The translations under genes were made by a program, and so were the position numbers. Of a DNA stretch of 64,000 bases, positions 38,425 through 51,047 are shown piece after piece. The notes under the pieces are model-generated. The model was not told the origin of the DNA and did no database searches. It was given only the letters and a program-made list of their open reading frames with translations. The stretch's first letter is position 1. Each line of letters starts with the position of its first letter. The stretch is from Podarcis melisellensis (taxonomy: Eukaryota), in NCBI GenBank assembly GCA_964234715.1, contig OZ174275.1. One strand, 5' to 3'.

Positions 38425-41400
38425 GTGAGTACGACTCGGACGGAGCCGAGGGGGAATCGCAGGGGGGCAGAGGACGAAGAGCCCCCTATCCACCCACCCA
38501 TGAGCTGGGTGCATGTGCGCCCTTGCAGTGGCGTAGCGTGGGTTGTCAGCACCCGGGGCAAGTAATTTGCGCCCCCTAACCCGTGGATTTGCTCCCCCTA
38601 ACCCTAACCCCCAGATGTTGTGCCCGGTGCGGCCGGGGCCCCCCCCCTGCACCCCCACGCTACGCCACTGCGCCCTTGCAACAAAAGCCGAGGGTGGCCG
38701 ACGGGCTCTCCAGAGAGGGGACGAGGGAGCGCGGAGAGAGACAGCCATCCCTCTCCGGACCTTTCCTCTCTCGCTCTGCATTCATAGCCCGGTCCATATC
38801 TGTCTTAACTTGGACACCTGCGCAAAAATGCCCCCGCCCCCGCTTCACCTTAGAAAATTTAATCGCCTTTGGATTGCCCCGATCGTTCCCTACGAGAGTC
38901 CAGAGGAAACCAGCAGATGAGGTTGCTTAGGCTGCAATCCCATCCCATTTACCTGGGAGTAAGCCCCACTGAATCCAATAAGGCTTCCTGCTGAGGAGGC
39001 ATGCTAGTGCTGAGGGCGCATCTGTTCTATGCGGCTGCATATGCTCCCCTGAAATGTCAGTACCTTATAAAAACAGGAATGAGGAGCCTCTGGCGCTCCC
39101 ATGGTTGTTGGACGGTCCATCAGTCCCAGGCTGCAGGACCGATGTTCAGGGGTGCTAGGAACTTTAGTTCCGCAGCAGCGGGAGGCTACTGGTTGGCCAC
39201 CTCTGCTATAAAATAAGGGACAAGCGCAGAGCAGCTCTGTAATCCAAGCAGAAACGCTGTAGACCGACAGTCTGTCCTCTGTAGACAGTCGGACAGACTA
39301 GAAATCCCTGACCGACACAGACCTGTACCAGTTTACTCGGGAAAAATGCCCCACAGGTTTCCCTAAGACATGTTTCGGACCACAGCCTTCCAGAGCTTTG
39401 CGAGAGGGAATCGTTTGCTTGTTTTGCAGCGTTTCCACCTCCCGTCTGAACCATGCTTCATGTGTTTCTATAGCACCTGCAGATCAGACTAGAACATTGG
39501 CCTCAAAGGGAATATATATCCAGTGACAGGCTGAGTTCCCCTGGGAGAAAAAGTGCTAGGGGAAACGGGCATGAAAGTGTCGTACATTTTATACCCCCCC
39601 CCCCGAAATCAGTTTGGGATTAATTTCCCAAATTTGTTTTAGATGTGGTATTATTCCTGTGCTTTCATAATATCAGCCCTACACTGAAAGCCAGCATGGG
39701 TACTATTTCATAATGTGTACTTGCAGAGCAAGATGGTGGTTGTGCATCAGAAAGGGGAGGTTTTTGTTTATTCTTCTCAAGCGTTTTCTTTCCATAGTAG
39801 CTTCATGTAGGTCTAAGTGAAAGTCATTAGGACCAACCAGCACAGTTAATAGGACCAAAATGAAAAATTTACTAACACTGGCCAAGAAGGACACTTTGGA
39901 TTTTTAAAATTTATTTCCTAGACCAGTAGAGAAACCTGCATTTTTTTGTAGTCATGTCCTCGCAGCGTGGAATAATTTGATACCATCTATGAAATTGAAT
40001 GTTAGTTTATTTGCAGGAGTTACTTACTGGTCTCTCAAGAGAGAGAAATGTTGCACACACCCTGACCGACAGGCCGAGACTTAATTATAGTCATACCTAT
40101 TTCTCCCTGTCTTCCCCACCCTTGTCCTTTTCATGTACGTTTTCAGATTACTATGCTCAGATTTGCATAAAGATTTATGCTTACCTTTCCATTCTTTCAA
40201 AGAACAGGGCATTCAGAGACAGATCTTTGTTATCTTAACATCCAGTTTGGGCACTCACCTAGAAATCCACACCAATGAAAGGGGCTTTGTTCTTATTCCA
40301 CAATAACAACACTAAATAAATAAATAGAACCTGCAACTACACAAATTTCATTATGGCTGTACACCTCAGTGACCTTTTCTGGTGAGCTATAGAACTCCTT
40401 GACCTTAGAGATGCATACTCCATAATGTAAACCCTGGGCAAGCTTCAGAATTTATGTTAAGCAGGGTGGAGGTTGAGCTTGAAAATAACAGGGAGGATTT
40501 ATGTATTTTATTCTTATCTTTTCTCTCTTTGTGGCATACTCGAATGATGTCTCAGTTGGTAGTTTGGTGCAAATTCACCATTGTTTGTATGAAGAAAGAA
40601 AAGACTGATCATGTGAGATGGGACACAACAGCCAAGGGCAGCACAAGATTCCTGTCCGGATAGTTAGGCAGAGATTATACCTCTTTCAGGAGTGAAAAAG
40701 GAGTGGGTGGAGCAAAGGGAGGAAAGCAGTAACAGATCACACAGAGTGTAGCATGGATGAACTGTACCAACTCCACATTCAAGGTACAAGCTGTTGGATA
40801 CTTTCACAGGAAAAGCTGACACCTTAAATCTGCACCTTAAGTCCACCTACGAAGGCAAGTCCTGCAGAAAGGTAGGCAGGTTCCCTAAGCCTCAACCCAC
40901 AATGCACCAGAAATGTACCATGACAGATAAAATATGGATGTTCTGCTCCTTGTGCTTTGCCTGCTACTTGCAATTTTCCCACTCCCAGTTGCATAGCTAC
41001 AGTTCCTTTGTTGGATTGGAAGCTCTAGCTGCATGGAGATTGGCAGTAGCAGATCCTACACTGAAGCACTGGAGATATGGAAAATGGTGGCTGTTACAAC
41101 TGCTTTGTTGCTGGTCCAAGGGTATACTGGGTAGCTGGAGCTGTGCTCATGGAAATCCGCCCCTCTGGTGCCCAGAGCATCTCCACTAGTCCCTTGGTAA
41201 GCTTTGAAAGGCTGAAGGCAGCACTGGGGTGGGGGCACCAGAGGGTCATTGTTAGGTTTGATGGAGCCCTGGGCAAGGTGACCCCTGGCAAGCTCCCTCA
41301 AACATGGCACCAATCCTGGAAAAGGCCTCTTATTTGCACCCAAACACAAAATGAGCCACAATGAAAGCTGTCCCCGGACACAACAGCATAGCATGGGTAG

Positions 41401-44400
41401 CTTCAAATACCAACTTTTTGGTGATATCCTGGATACAGAGGAACTACCTTCAGAAAAGATGTCTGTCTCCCCTACAAGAAATAATAATTGTGCCTTTCAT
41501 GTACACATGCAGAATGGTTGTGTCTAACAGAGGTTAGACATTTGGTTTTGCAACCCACCTCACATCCCACCAGCACCCCAAAATACAGATGCAGCTCTCA
41601 TGTGATAGGCTGCAAGTCAGAGTCCTTCAGAGGTGGGGGGAAATTTTGAGCTTTTTTGTTTGTGAGTTGAGTCAGAGACACTAACCTCCAAGCTTATCTG
41701 TAAGATTTGCAGTCAGGGTTGCATCCCTTTAAGCTACCAAAATAGATGTGAAAGTTCAATGGTCAGCAATACTGTACTTTCAAAAACATCTAAACAACCC
41801 CTTGCATACTAAACATCCGCTCCTCAGTTGTTGTTTTTGGAGATTTCATAGTCAGACCTTGAAATCTTTATTTTCCATAATGGTTTCTGATTTGCTGCTG
41901 GTTTGGTTTTATTGTTATTATTAGCTGTTTATTTATTAGCTGTTAAATTGACAAACAAAATCAACATTTTGAAAATGTGGCCATCAAACTGATGTCAGGC
42001 ATGACATATGCGAACCTGATTCTCAGACAGCTCAATACCACACCTTCCTGTTTCAGATTAGTTGGCCTGAACTCTGGAACAACCAATGTTCTTGTTCAAT
42101 ATCCACAATCACAAATGTGGACTTGCATCCCCCACCTTATGCAAATGTTTACTTTTCTTTCATCAGTGTGACTAACTAACCCATGTGCAAAAGTTGTGCT
42201 TGAAGAGTCTTAAGGAGTAGTTTGTCTGCTCATCTCTGGTGACCTGTGGGTTAGGAGCTCTACTAGATTGTTGTATATACAGTAACTTGTGAACCTGAAT
42301 TCAATAGGTATCACAAGCTATCTTGTAGTGTCATTAGGAGAATATAAATATATTAATAAAGAAACGTACAAGCTGTCAAAATGAAGGCAGCTGCTAGGAC
42401 ATGGCTCAGTGAGGTAGAGAGATCCAATGCTGATCTAGCAGCCTTCTCTTAGCTGAGATGACCTTTGGCTTAGATATGCTTGACACAGACATATGCAAAA
42501 AGGTATTGCCAGCATTTTAAAGATTTATTTAAGTTCTAATTTCAGAGAGGTGAGTTTTATGTGTGAAGTCTGTGGTAGCTCAACACACTCAGACCACCTG
42601 AAAACCCAACTTTATTTATACAATTAATTTGAAAAGCTTTTCAACTGGTCTCTCGGCTGTAGCTTTATGTTGCTTACATTTCTGTGGAGATACAATTTTG
42701 CTGACAGAATTTTGGGACTCCCAGGTTCTGTTTTACTTTCACTTGTTCGGTCACAACACAAGGCGTTCAGATATAGCTCTCCTGAGGAAGTTGTGTTTGC
42801 TTGAATGACCTTGAATACCATTAATCTGGCTTAGAAAAACACAGTGTAACTTCACTGGATCTGCAATGGTGACACTCTGATGTTGCCCCAAGGAAGCCAT
42901 TGAGGGAACAGCAGTGGCGGCAAGTCTCACAGGGGGTGCTCCAGCGGTGGGAGCCTCCCAGGCTGGCACGCCATGGCAGGCGGCATTTGCATCCCTGGCG
43001 GGCAGATTTTCACGATTGGCACGATCGTCGTCATGAAAATCAGCCCGCCGATCGCGTAATACCACCCGCTGGGGATGTGAGTGCCGCCCGCCAAGCGAAG
43101 CAAACACCACCCGCCAGGGGGTGCCAGGCTGATCACAAGGCGTATTTGCACGATCAGCGGGCGGATTTTCACGACAGTGATCGTGCCAATCGTGAAAATC
43201 CACCCACTGGGGGTGCGAGCGCTGCCACTCCAATCCGCCCGGGGGAGTTTGTCACCCCCCTAGGCATGACACCTGGGGCAAACCGCACTCCCCCCCACAC
43301 CCCTTGCGATGCCTCTGGGGGACAGAAGTCCTGGTCTCCTTTCTATTTGCATGGAACAAGGAGAAAAGCATTAGGAATTATTGTTATAGAGATTAGGCAA
43401 GATGGCATGATAATTCAAGTAAGGTTCATGTACTCTTTTGTGTACCGAAGTATGTTCCCCGACATTTCTCCCCATTTTTATTTTCATTATTTGTTAAGTT
43501 TAATATTGCCCTTCATCTGTAGATCTCATGGTGGTTCACAACAATTTGCAATATAAAAAACACAAAATACAGACTAAAAATAAGAACAAAAACAAGCCGG
43601 AAATCCCACATCACATTTAAAAGGGCATTGGATATCAATCAGCCTGAGGCCTGGTTGAAGGGGAACACTTTCCACAAACGGGGAACTGTTGCAGAAAAGG
43701 CCCATTCTCATGTTGCCACCCTCTGGACCTTTCATGGACTCACATGAGGAAAGGGCCTCAGATTATGATCTCAGGGTTGAGATAGGCTCATATGGAGAGA
43801 GGTGGTCCTTGGGGTATTGTGGTCCTAAGCCATAAGGTTTTATTGGTCAAAACCTGGGCCTGGAAATTTATTGGTAGCCAGTTGGGCCAGGATCAATGTA
43901 ATGCTCAGACCTTCTTGCCCTGAATTCTGCATTAGGTGGAGAAGCAGTTCTAGACTAACTGTGCACAAAACTCTTTAAAGGGGAAACCATACTTCCTCCT
44001 CAGTTAAAATCTTTACGGTCTAAATATGACATAGGTATCTAAACTGCCAATTTTCTTTGCTAAAAAAACCCCACATGGAATTTTGATGTGGGGTGTTGGT
44101 TTTGGCATTTGTCTGTCTCGAAATACAATGGAGGGCACCTCCAGGGATGAAGTCAAACTGCTATGTTAGCAGCACCAAAGTGACCATCCAAAGTGCGCAA
44201 GCAGTGCATATGTACAGTACATATGTTGTATACATTGGCAGCCATTTGTGAAATTTACTATAGGAGGTAAAGCTTTATAAAGTTTGCTAAATCCAAATTA
44301 CTATGCGAATTTTGCTTGTGTCCAAATTCTTGAGATATAGTGCTTGTGCAACCATACGCTTCTGGTGCAATTAACCCTGCCTTTAATGATTTGCCTTCTT

Positions 44401-47400
44401 TTCCTCCCCCTCCCCCGCTTTTCTTTTTTTTAAAGGGGAAGTGCCATTGCAAAAATCATAGGCAAAAATACCCAGAAATCCCTCAAATTTCACCCTACTG
44501 TAAATATGTGGGTATTTGAAGAGCAAATCGATGGGCGAAAACTCACAGAAATAATTAACCAAGACCATGAGAATGTGAAGTATCTCCCAGGGCATAAGTT
44601 ACCTCCTAACGTGGTAAGTTCAATGTAACTCCTTAACTGGAGTTTCAGGTTTTAAAGGTAGTGTAGTTGGGCCATAATGCAATTCAATGTAACAAAGGCT
44701 GCTTCCACGCTGGGAATTTAGTGTACAATAGCTGCATTTTGGGTCGCTCACTTTTTATGAGGCTCGTGCTTAACGTTGTGAGCTAAACACCCTACTCCTT
44801 TTTGGATTTCTTCCACCCCCACCCCATTCCTCAAGCTTAGAAAAATCTGCCCTTTCTTTAAAAAAACATAGCAGAACAGCTGTGCAGCTTTCCCAGGAGC
44901 AGACTGAGAAGGGAATGGTACACAAAATCTATCAGAAGGATAATGCTATTGATTAAAGAGCAGCATAGGTACACACAGACATTGATATGAGTTGTGAGTT
45001 ATCTAGACTAGAGAAGAAACCCTGGCACAGCTGACAGAACAATGCAAGAACCTTGTGAGTTTTGCAATTGGTTAGGCTTAGATACATTATTTGTCTTCAA
45101 ACCTACTTGGTATTCCAGAATACTCTGAGGACCTGCAAACCATTGTGTCCCAAATTGTAGAATGTGCACAACAAAGGCAGGGCACGAGGTTGATCCCCCC
45201 CCCCCAAGTGGCTGCCAAGCTTGAGGCTCTAATCCTATACACACTTACTTGAAAGCAAGCCTCTCACCACTGGATTTATTTCTGAGCAAACATTGGTAGA
45301 ATTAGGTTGCTAAGAGAACTTCAAGAAGTTTTTCAGATGCAAAGCTTAAATCTATGTTTACTTATATATAATATAAATGTAAAAGAGTGGTTTCTTTCTC
45401 TCCAAATATTCATTTGCAGTTGAACATTGTGTTTTGATGTGAGTTAGTAGATTAATGTTATTTTGTACGGACCTCAATTCAGGACAACTGGCCATATTAA
45501 GACTGCTGCAGGAAATACTTGTGTTGCATATATGGATGTGCCTTCCTGCTTGCACAACCCCAGGAAATACACATTGCATGCTCAAAATGTGTATATATGT
45601 GAATGTCATCTCGATCCACTCTTGCCGCTATGGGAAATGCTGCTGGATAGCTGCCCTTGTTTGATTTTCAGTAATAGAATGTTTACATTTTCTTCTTCTT
45701 TTTTGTCTCAGGTTGCTGTAGCAGACCCAGCAGAAACAGTAAATGGTGCAGACATTATAATATTTGTTATACCTCATCAGTTCATTCCTAAAATCTGTCA
45801 GCAGCTAACTGGCCATGTAAAACAAGGAGCCATTGGAATTTCGCTAATCAAGGTAGTTTGTGAACCTTTCCCAAGGGGTAGGACTGGTTAGGGAGAAAAT
45901 GGAACAGTGGAATTTCCAGGGTCTTGACTGCATATAGGGTGCAGCAGGGGCACCAACCTGAATAAAATATTGTGGGGGCCCAGGTAAGCCCCACCCCACA
46001 TAATCAATAACATGTGTCACGAATATGGCTCACCTGAGCGCAGGGGAAGAGTAAGACTCAGAAATTGAGCTAAGTGAGAGACCGACTGCAGATGAGAGCT
46101 AGCTGACAGAGCCAAGAAGGGGTAGCTCAACCACCCTTCCAGAAGATGACACTGTTAGCTCTCAAGAAGCGGGAGAGTTAGGAGGCAGCCGAAGTGTTGC
46201 TAGGCAATCAGCAGATAAGCAGAGGACTGAGAGTGTGTCAAGTGGAAGTGGGGAGGGGGAAGACCAGCCTCTCAGTCCCCATTATAGGAGACTGGATAAG
46301 TTCAGAGGACAACGGAAGGGAAAGAGGGGAAGGGTGGGAATTTGGCATCCTTCTTGCTGTGAAAGGGGCGGAGGTTCAGACTGACCAACTATCGTCAATG
46401 TGAGCAGGTGAGAAGCCGTGCTGTAGATGTATGGGGTTTTTTTTGTAAATAAACGTAACATAAAATCGCTGGAGTCTCATTACTTCTTATCGGGGCATGC
46501 TTGCCTGCCTGAGATCATTATAACATGACACAGTACACACACTATTTAATGGGAATGCCCATCAATTTTTTTGGGGGGGGAGCCCCCTCAAATATTTTAT
46601 TGGGAAGGCTGAAGCCCCCATTGTCCCTAGGAGTTGGCTCCTATGGGGTGAAGACAAAATTGTTTCTAACATTGTGTTTTAATTGTTTTAACCTGCCTTG
46701 GGTGATAAATAATAGTAACTCTAGAGCACACTCCCTCTCTGCCTGCAGTTGGAATGAACCATGCCTCTGGGTTGGTTTCAAGAGCTATGGACACCCCGAG
46801 ATGCAGAACAGAAGGCAAAAGTGCCATATTTGGAAAGGACTAGTCATTTCCCCACAATATATTATTTTATTTTCTAAAGCTTATGTTATTATATAAAAAG
46901 TTGGCTATGTAACACACATCAATCTTAAGAGAAATGTACTGTGTGGGTCATAACCAAGATATATATCAACCCAACAACGTGCTGTCTGTTCCCATTATCC
47001 TTTGTTGTAAACAACTCCTGCACGGGCTCAATTTCATAGAGTAACAACAGGATCAGATCTATGTTTCATCTACTGAAGTGCAAGGAAGGCTAGTCTTACT
47101 TTTGTTCACTGCCTTCCTGTTAAACAGGGCATAGATGAAGGCCCTAAAGGACTGAAACTCATATCGGACATCATTCGAGAGAAGCTGGGCATAGAAGTCA
47201 GTGTACTCATGGGAGCCAACATCGCAAATGAAGTGGCCGATGAAAAGTTCTGTGAAACCACCATTGGTAATTCTGTGTTCAAGACTAATGACTAAACGAG
47301 GGATCAGTTCAGTCCACTTACTCAGAATATAGATCCAGAATGTTTCCCCTGCTCCACTTTGTGGTGATCTAGAAGATATATCTGTGGATCTATAGCTGCT

Positions 47401-50400
47401 GTGATGAGACTTCCCCCCACCCCACCAAAAAAACCCTTGCCAACTTTTTTGTTTGTTGTTGCTGTGTTCTGCACAACCCTGTAAGAATGAAAGGTAGCAG
47501 CTGGTAAAGACCACCCAATGAGATTCATGGATGAGTGGGAATTTGAATTTGCGTCACCCTAGTCCAACACTCTTATCCTCTATATCTCACTGACACTCAC
47601 AGCTGACCTAGGTGGTTTTTATTATTATTGCCCATCCTTTTGCAAATGGGAATGTTTGTAGCATTTGAATACAGGCATTCTTGTGTTTTCGAAAACACAG
47701 CACTGAAAGCGTATTTACAAATCATTATTGAGCATCTCTCCCTATAGAAAGCTTACTGGGTTTGGGTATGGTGAGTCTAATGGTGAGTCGCAAGCATAGC
47801 TGAGATTAGAAGAGATGCTTCCATTTAAGTTAAAGTCATATGATATGGTGTTACTTGGCCAACACCTCAGTCCTGATTTACTGTGCTTCTTTTCATAGGT
47901 TGCAAAAATCCTGAAAGTGGAAAGATCTATAAAGAGTTGTTGCAAACCCCAAATTTCAGAATTACTGTGGTAGATGACTGTGACACCGTGGAGCTCTGTG
48001 GAGCCTTAAAAGTGAGTCATTCCAAATCAAATATTGTGAGGCCAATTAAAGTTTCTTGCAAGCTGTTTGGCCAGCTAAGCTTTCAAAAAAAATTTCACAG
48101 ATTTTCTCATCCATTTGTACACTGGCTTTACAAATCTGTAAAATGGGAGAACTGCACTTACATCCCACTTGCTATACTAATTAAAAATGGCCTAGATATA
48201 GGTAGGACAATAGCTGGTTGTTAAATCGCTGCCACCAATTAGGAAGCAAATATATGTGACTTGTCACCTCAGAAAAAATGTAATCCTTTGGACATACTAT
48301 TCTCAAGTGAATTTTCTTGGCTTTGATGTAGGCAGTGGGGAAATATGTCCAATGACTTCTTTTTTAAAGCGAGATCTGTTAGTTTTATGTTGGGCACTTT
48401 TTAGATGACTTTCTAGGCAACGTCTGCACTGGAGTTTGTAGGACATATGATAAAGTACTTTTTAGAGATTTGTTGAAGGTGGGACAACATACACATACTT
48501 TTGTCCACTATGAGGAGTTGTGAAATACTTATTTTCAGGTTTCTGATAGAGGAAGAAAAACCAGCGTCCACACAACACCATAGGCATTACTCTATAATAC
48601 ATCCAAAGTTGTTTTCTTCTAGGTCAGACTATTTGTAGATCAGCTCTGTGCTGTCTACTGCTGTCATTAGTAGAGGCCCTTTAATATCACTCTCTACCTG
48701 ATGCTTTTACCGTAATTTGAGATGCAAGGGAATTTGGGATCTTCCGCCTAAAAACCATGTGCTACAGAGCTATGATCCCTCCCTCATATCACTATCTCAC
48801 TTAAAAACATTCAGTACAAGGATACATCTCATTAGCTGCTTTGATCCTATGGAAATGTCTCACCAGCTGCTTTGATAAACAAGAAGTGTGGCTTGTCACT
48901 ACCAAGACATATTTTAGCAGCATATTCTTCAACTGCAGCAGCACTTCTTATAGTGACCAGACTTGCAGACACCACTTGCTGAATATATCTGAATAGACCA
49001 CTGAACTGCATGCAGTTTTGCTCTTGGGGGCATTTAGGAGCAACCGAATAGAGAAATGCAGCTGTTGGAATGCATTTGTGAATGGCACCTTTTGCTAAGC
49101 ATTCATGCTTTCTGAAGTCATTAAACGCGATGCCTTTGTCTCATGTGATTTTTTTCTTCACTCTCCTTTTCTCCCTCTTTTCCAACTGGATTTAGAATAT
49201 CGTTGCAGTAGGGGCTGGTTTTTGTGACGGGTTGGGCCAAGGTGACAATACCAAGGCAGCTGTGATTCGTTTGGGCCTAATGGAAATGATTGCCTTTGCT
49301 AAACTCTTTTGCAAAGGCCCCGTAGTAATAAATACATTTATGGAAAGTTGTGGTGTTGCTGATCTGATTACCACATGCTACGGGGGACGCAACAGGAAGG
49401 TGGCTGAAGCTTTTGCACGTGGTGGAAAAGTAAGTATTTGACCCCAAGATTAATTGCTGTAATGGGTACACTTTTGCCTTATCAGCCCTTTCTCAATAGT
49501 ATTCTACATTTACTTATGAGGACAGGGGGCATATCTAACTATAGTATATTACAGTATGCATTTGTTTGTGGATGAGACCAGTGGTAGTGACCAAGGCCGC
49601 TTGCTAATAACTGACTTTGTGTGATGTTAAACTTTCTAAAATGGGCATAATGTGGAGAAAGTAGATAGAAAGAAGCTCTTCTCTTTCCTCCTTTCATAAT
49701 ATAACCAGGCACCATCCAGTAAAAAAGAATGGTGGGAGATTCAGAACAAAGAAAGGGACATAGTTATTCACACCACGTAACTGTGGTATCCATTCCCAGA
49801 AAATGATGTGATGGTCTTCAACTTAGATAGCTTTAAAAGATTAGACAAGTCAGTGGTGGGTATCTGCCACTACTCAACATGATAGCTGTTTCGGCTTTCT
49901 AGTGTCACACAGAGTTTAGCTGGAAATAATACCAAATGAGAGATGCTTGTCCTAATTTAAAAACACATACGTTTTTAGTATGTATAAGTAAATCTTGGGT
50001 ATTGCTTAGATTGGAAATAATAATTTTGTGCAGACTCTATTCTTTGCAAAAGAGAACGAAGGGAGTTCCAGCTTCAGCACTTTCACATTTATTACTTAGT
50101 TTTAAATGGAGTTTAGTGATGCAGTTTCCTTTAAACCAAATACAAATGATCTAACACTCTTTTAAAATAATTTCCAGACAATTGAGCAGCTAGAAAAAGA
50201 AATGCTGAATGGGCAAAAGCTACAAGGGCCTCAAACATCTGCTGAAGTCTACAAAATCCTGAAGCAGAAGAAAATGGTTGACAAGTATGTAGCTTGACTT
50301 TCTAGTAAATATCCTGCCTGAGAAGTCAGAGTATTCTCTGCACTTTGCTGGCTCCTTTGGCCATGGAAAAACTCTTGGGTGTCTCTGTTGTGAGCCATCA

Positions 50401-51047
50401 CTAGGGTTGGGGGATTAGTTTGTATTTAAAGGTGAATTTACATAATTCACGCTTTCTGAGAAGGTATGGGAACCAAAACACACTCATCATTCAAACATCA
50501 CACTTCTCTGAATTTTGCATGAAGTTCTATGGCCAAGCAATGTTTACAAAATGCATATAGTAGGATAAAGTGCACATCTAAGTGAAAATAACATACAAAA
50601 TGCATTAAATTATGGAAAACTGATTTGTAAATAACTTGTATAATGAGAAATCAGCTTTAAAATGCCAGTGAATTTTCATGAGGCTTCTTATTTAAAAAAT
50701 TGCAAATTGACGTGGAAATGTTGAGAACTGGACTTGAGACACAGAGAAACAGAAGTTGATATTCTTCCATTCATACCTGCTACAGTGCTTTAAAATATTT
50801 CGATAGTATTCTGTCCTGTATCTAATCATAAAGTTTACATCATGCATCAGCCATGTACGGAACAGCAGGCTAAAAATGACCTTGCTGGTAAAAACTTAAA
50901 TTGGTTGTATTTTGCATGAAAATTTACTTTAGCAATTGCATTTCTCCCAGGTTTCCATTATTTGTGAACGTCTACCTGATCTGCTATGAAGGGAAGTCTA
51001 TCAAAGAGTTCATCACTTGTTTGCAAAGTCATCCGGAACACATGTAA
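38384..51047 (+). CDS. GPD1L2: Cytosolic glycerol-3-phosphate dehydrogenase [NAD+], GPD1/GPD1L family, probably the third paralogue (GPD1L2-type); complete, 8 exons, 349 aa
   Basis: Exons of 41+178+141+139+113+234+107+97 = 1050 nt, all GT-AG. GSGNWG Rossmann motif and K120, K204, D260, R269, N270 are present; ends HPEHM*. The family call is certain; the paralogue symbol is inferred from synteny. Confidence 0.9.
38526..38670. mobile_element. hAT-type MITE, copy 2 (same family)
   Basis: Same TIR; perfect 8-bp TSD CGCCCTTG. Confidence 0.92.
42912..43317. mobile_element. hAT-like non-autonomous element with internal palindromic repeats
   Basis: Imperfect TIR CAGTGGCGGCAAG / CTTGCGATGCCTCTG; 8-bp TSD GGGAACAG/GGGGACAG (7/8). 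Confidence 0.7.
43480..43930 (-). mobile_element. L2 LINE 3' end fragment
   Basis: Typical reverse-strand L2 3' text (ttccacaaacggggaactgttgcagaaaaggccc..., gtggtcctaagccataagg). Confidence 0.6.
44436..44613 (+). CDS. GPD1L2: GPD1-family exon 2 (GSAIAKIIG...[15 protein letters not shown])
   Basis: Pyrimidine tract then aaag|G, donor GTG|gtaagt; 178 nt. Confidence 0.95.
45712..45852 (+). CDS. GPD1L2: GPD1-family exon 3 ([24 protein letters not shown]...ISLIK)
   Basis: ctcag|GTT ... AAG|gtagtt; 141 nt; inside ORF 45463..45891. Confidence 0.95.
45945..46645. mobile_element. hAT-like MITE interrupted by a solo LTR
   Basis: TIR CAGGGGCACCAAC / GTTGGCTCCTATG; TSD GGGTGCAG/GGGTGAAG (7/8). Confidence 0.7.
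46015..46525 (+). mobile_element. Solo LTR (Gypsy-like, ~511 bp)
   Basis: TGTCACGAA ... TTATAACA ends; AATAAA at 46448-46453; CATG at both junctions. Confidence 0.7.
47128..47266 (+). CDS. GPD1L2: GPD1-family exon 4 ([14 protein letters not shown]...[19 protein letters not shown])
   Basis: aacag|GGC ... G|gtaatt; 139 nt. Confidence 0.95.
47899..48011 (+). CDS. GPD1L2: GPD1-family exon 5 ([21 protein letters not shown]...VELCGALK)
   Basis: catag|GT ... AAA|gtgagt; 113 nt. Confidence 0.95.
49196..49429 (+). CDS. GPD1L2: GPD1-family exon 6 ([14 protein letters not shown]...[24 protein letters not shown])
   Basis: tttag|AAT ... AAA|gtaagt; 234 nt. Confidence 0.96.
49635..49870 (+). mobile_element. 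CR1 LINE 3' fragment
   Basis: gtggagaaagtagataga...gggagattcagaacaaaga...gctttaaaagattagacaag. Confidence 0.6.
50178..50284 (+). CDS. GPD1L2: GPD1-family exon 7 ([35 protein letters not shown])
   Basis: tccag|ACA ... AA|gtatgt; 107 nt. Confidence 0.95.
50951..51047 (+). CDS. GPD1L2: GPD1-family exon 8 ([14 protein letters not shown]...CLQSHPEHM*)
   Basis: cccag|G ... TAA at 51045-51047. Confidence 0.95.

Larger units (their letters stand above)
38200..38900 (+). promoter_or_regulatory. CpG island over the promoter, exon 1 and start of intron 1 of the GPD1-family gene; weak TATA-like TACTTAAA ~38305
   Basis: GC/CpG-rich stretch around the ATG. Confidence 0.7.

Noticed and set aside
37924-38930. 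Cluster of 100-157 aa ORFs around GPD exon 1
   Set aside because: CpG island plus an inserted MITE; the only supported coding part is the 41-nt exon.
42751-43556. 218-aa and 160-aa ORFs with RADFHD repeats
   Set aside because: They are by-products of a GC-rich palindromic transposon; there is no recognisable domain or splice context.
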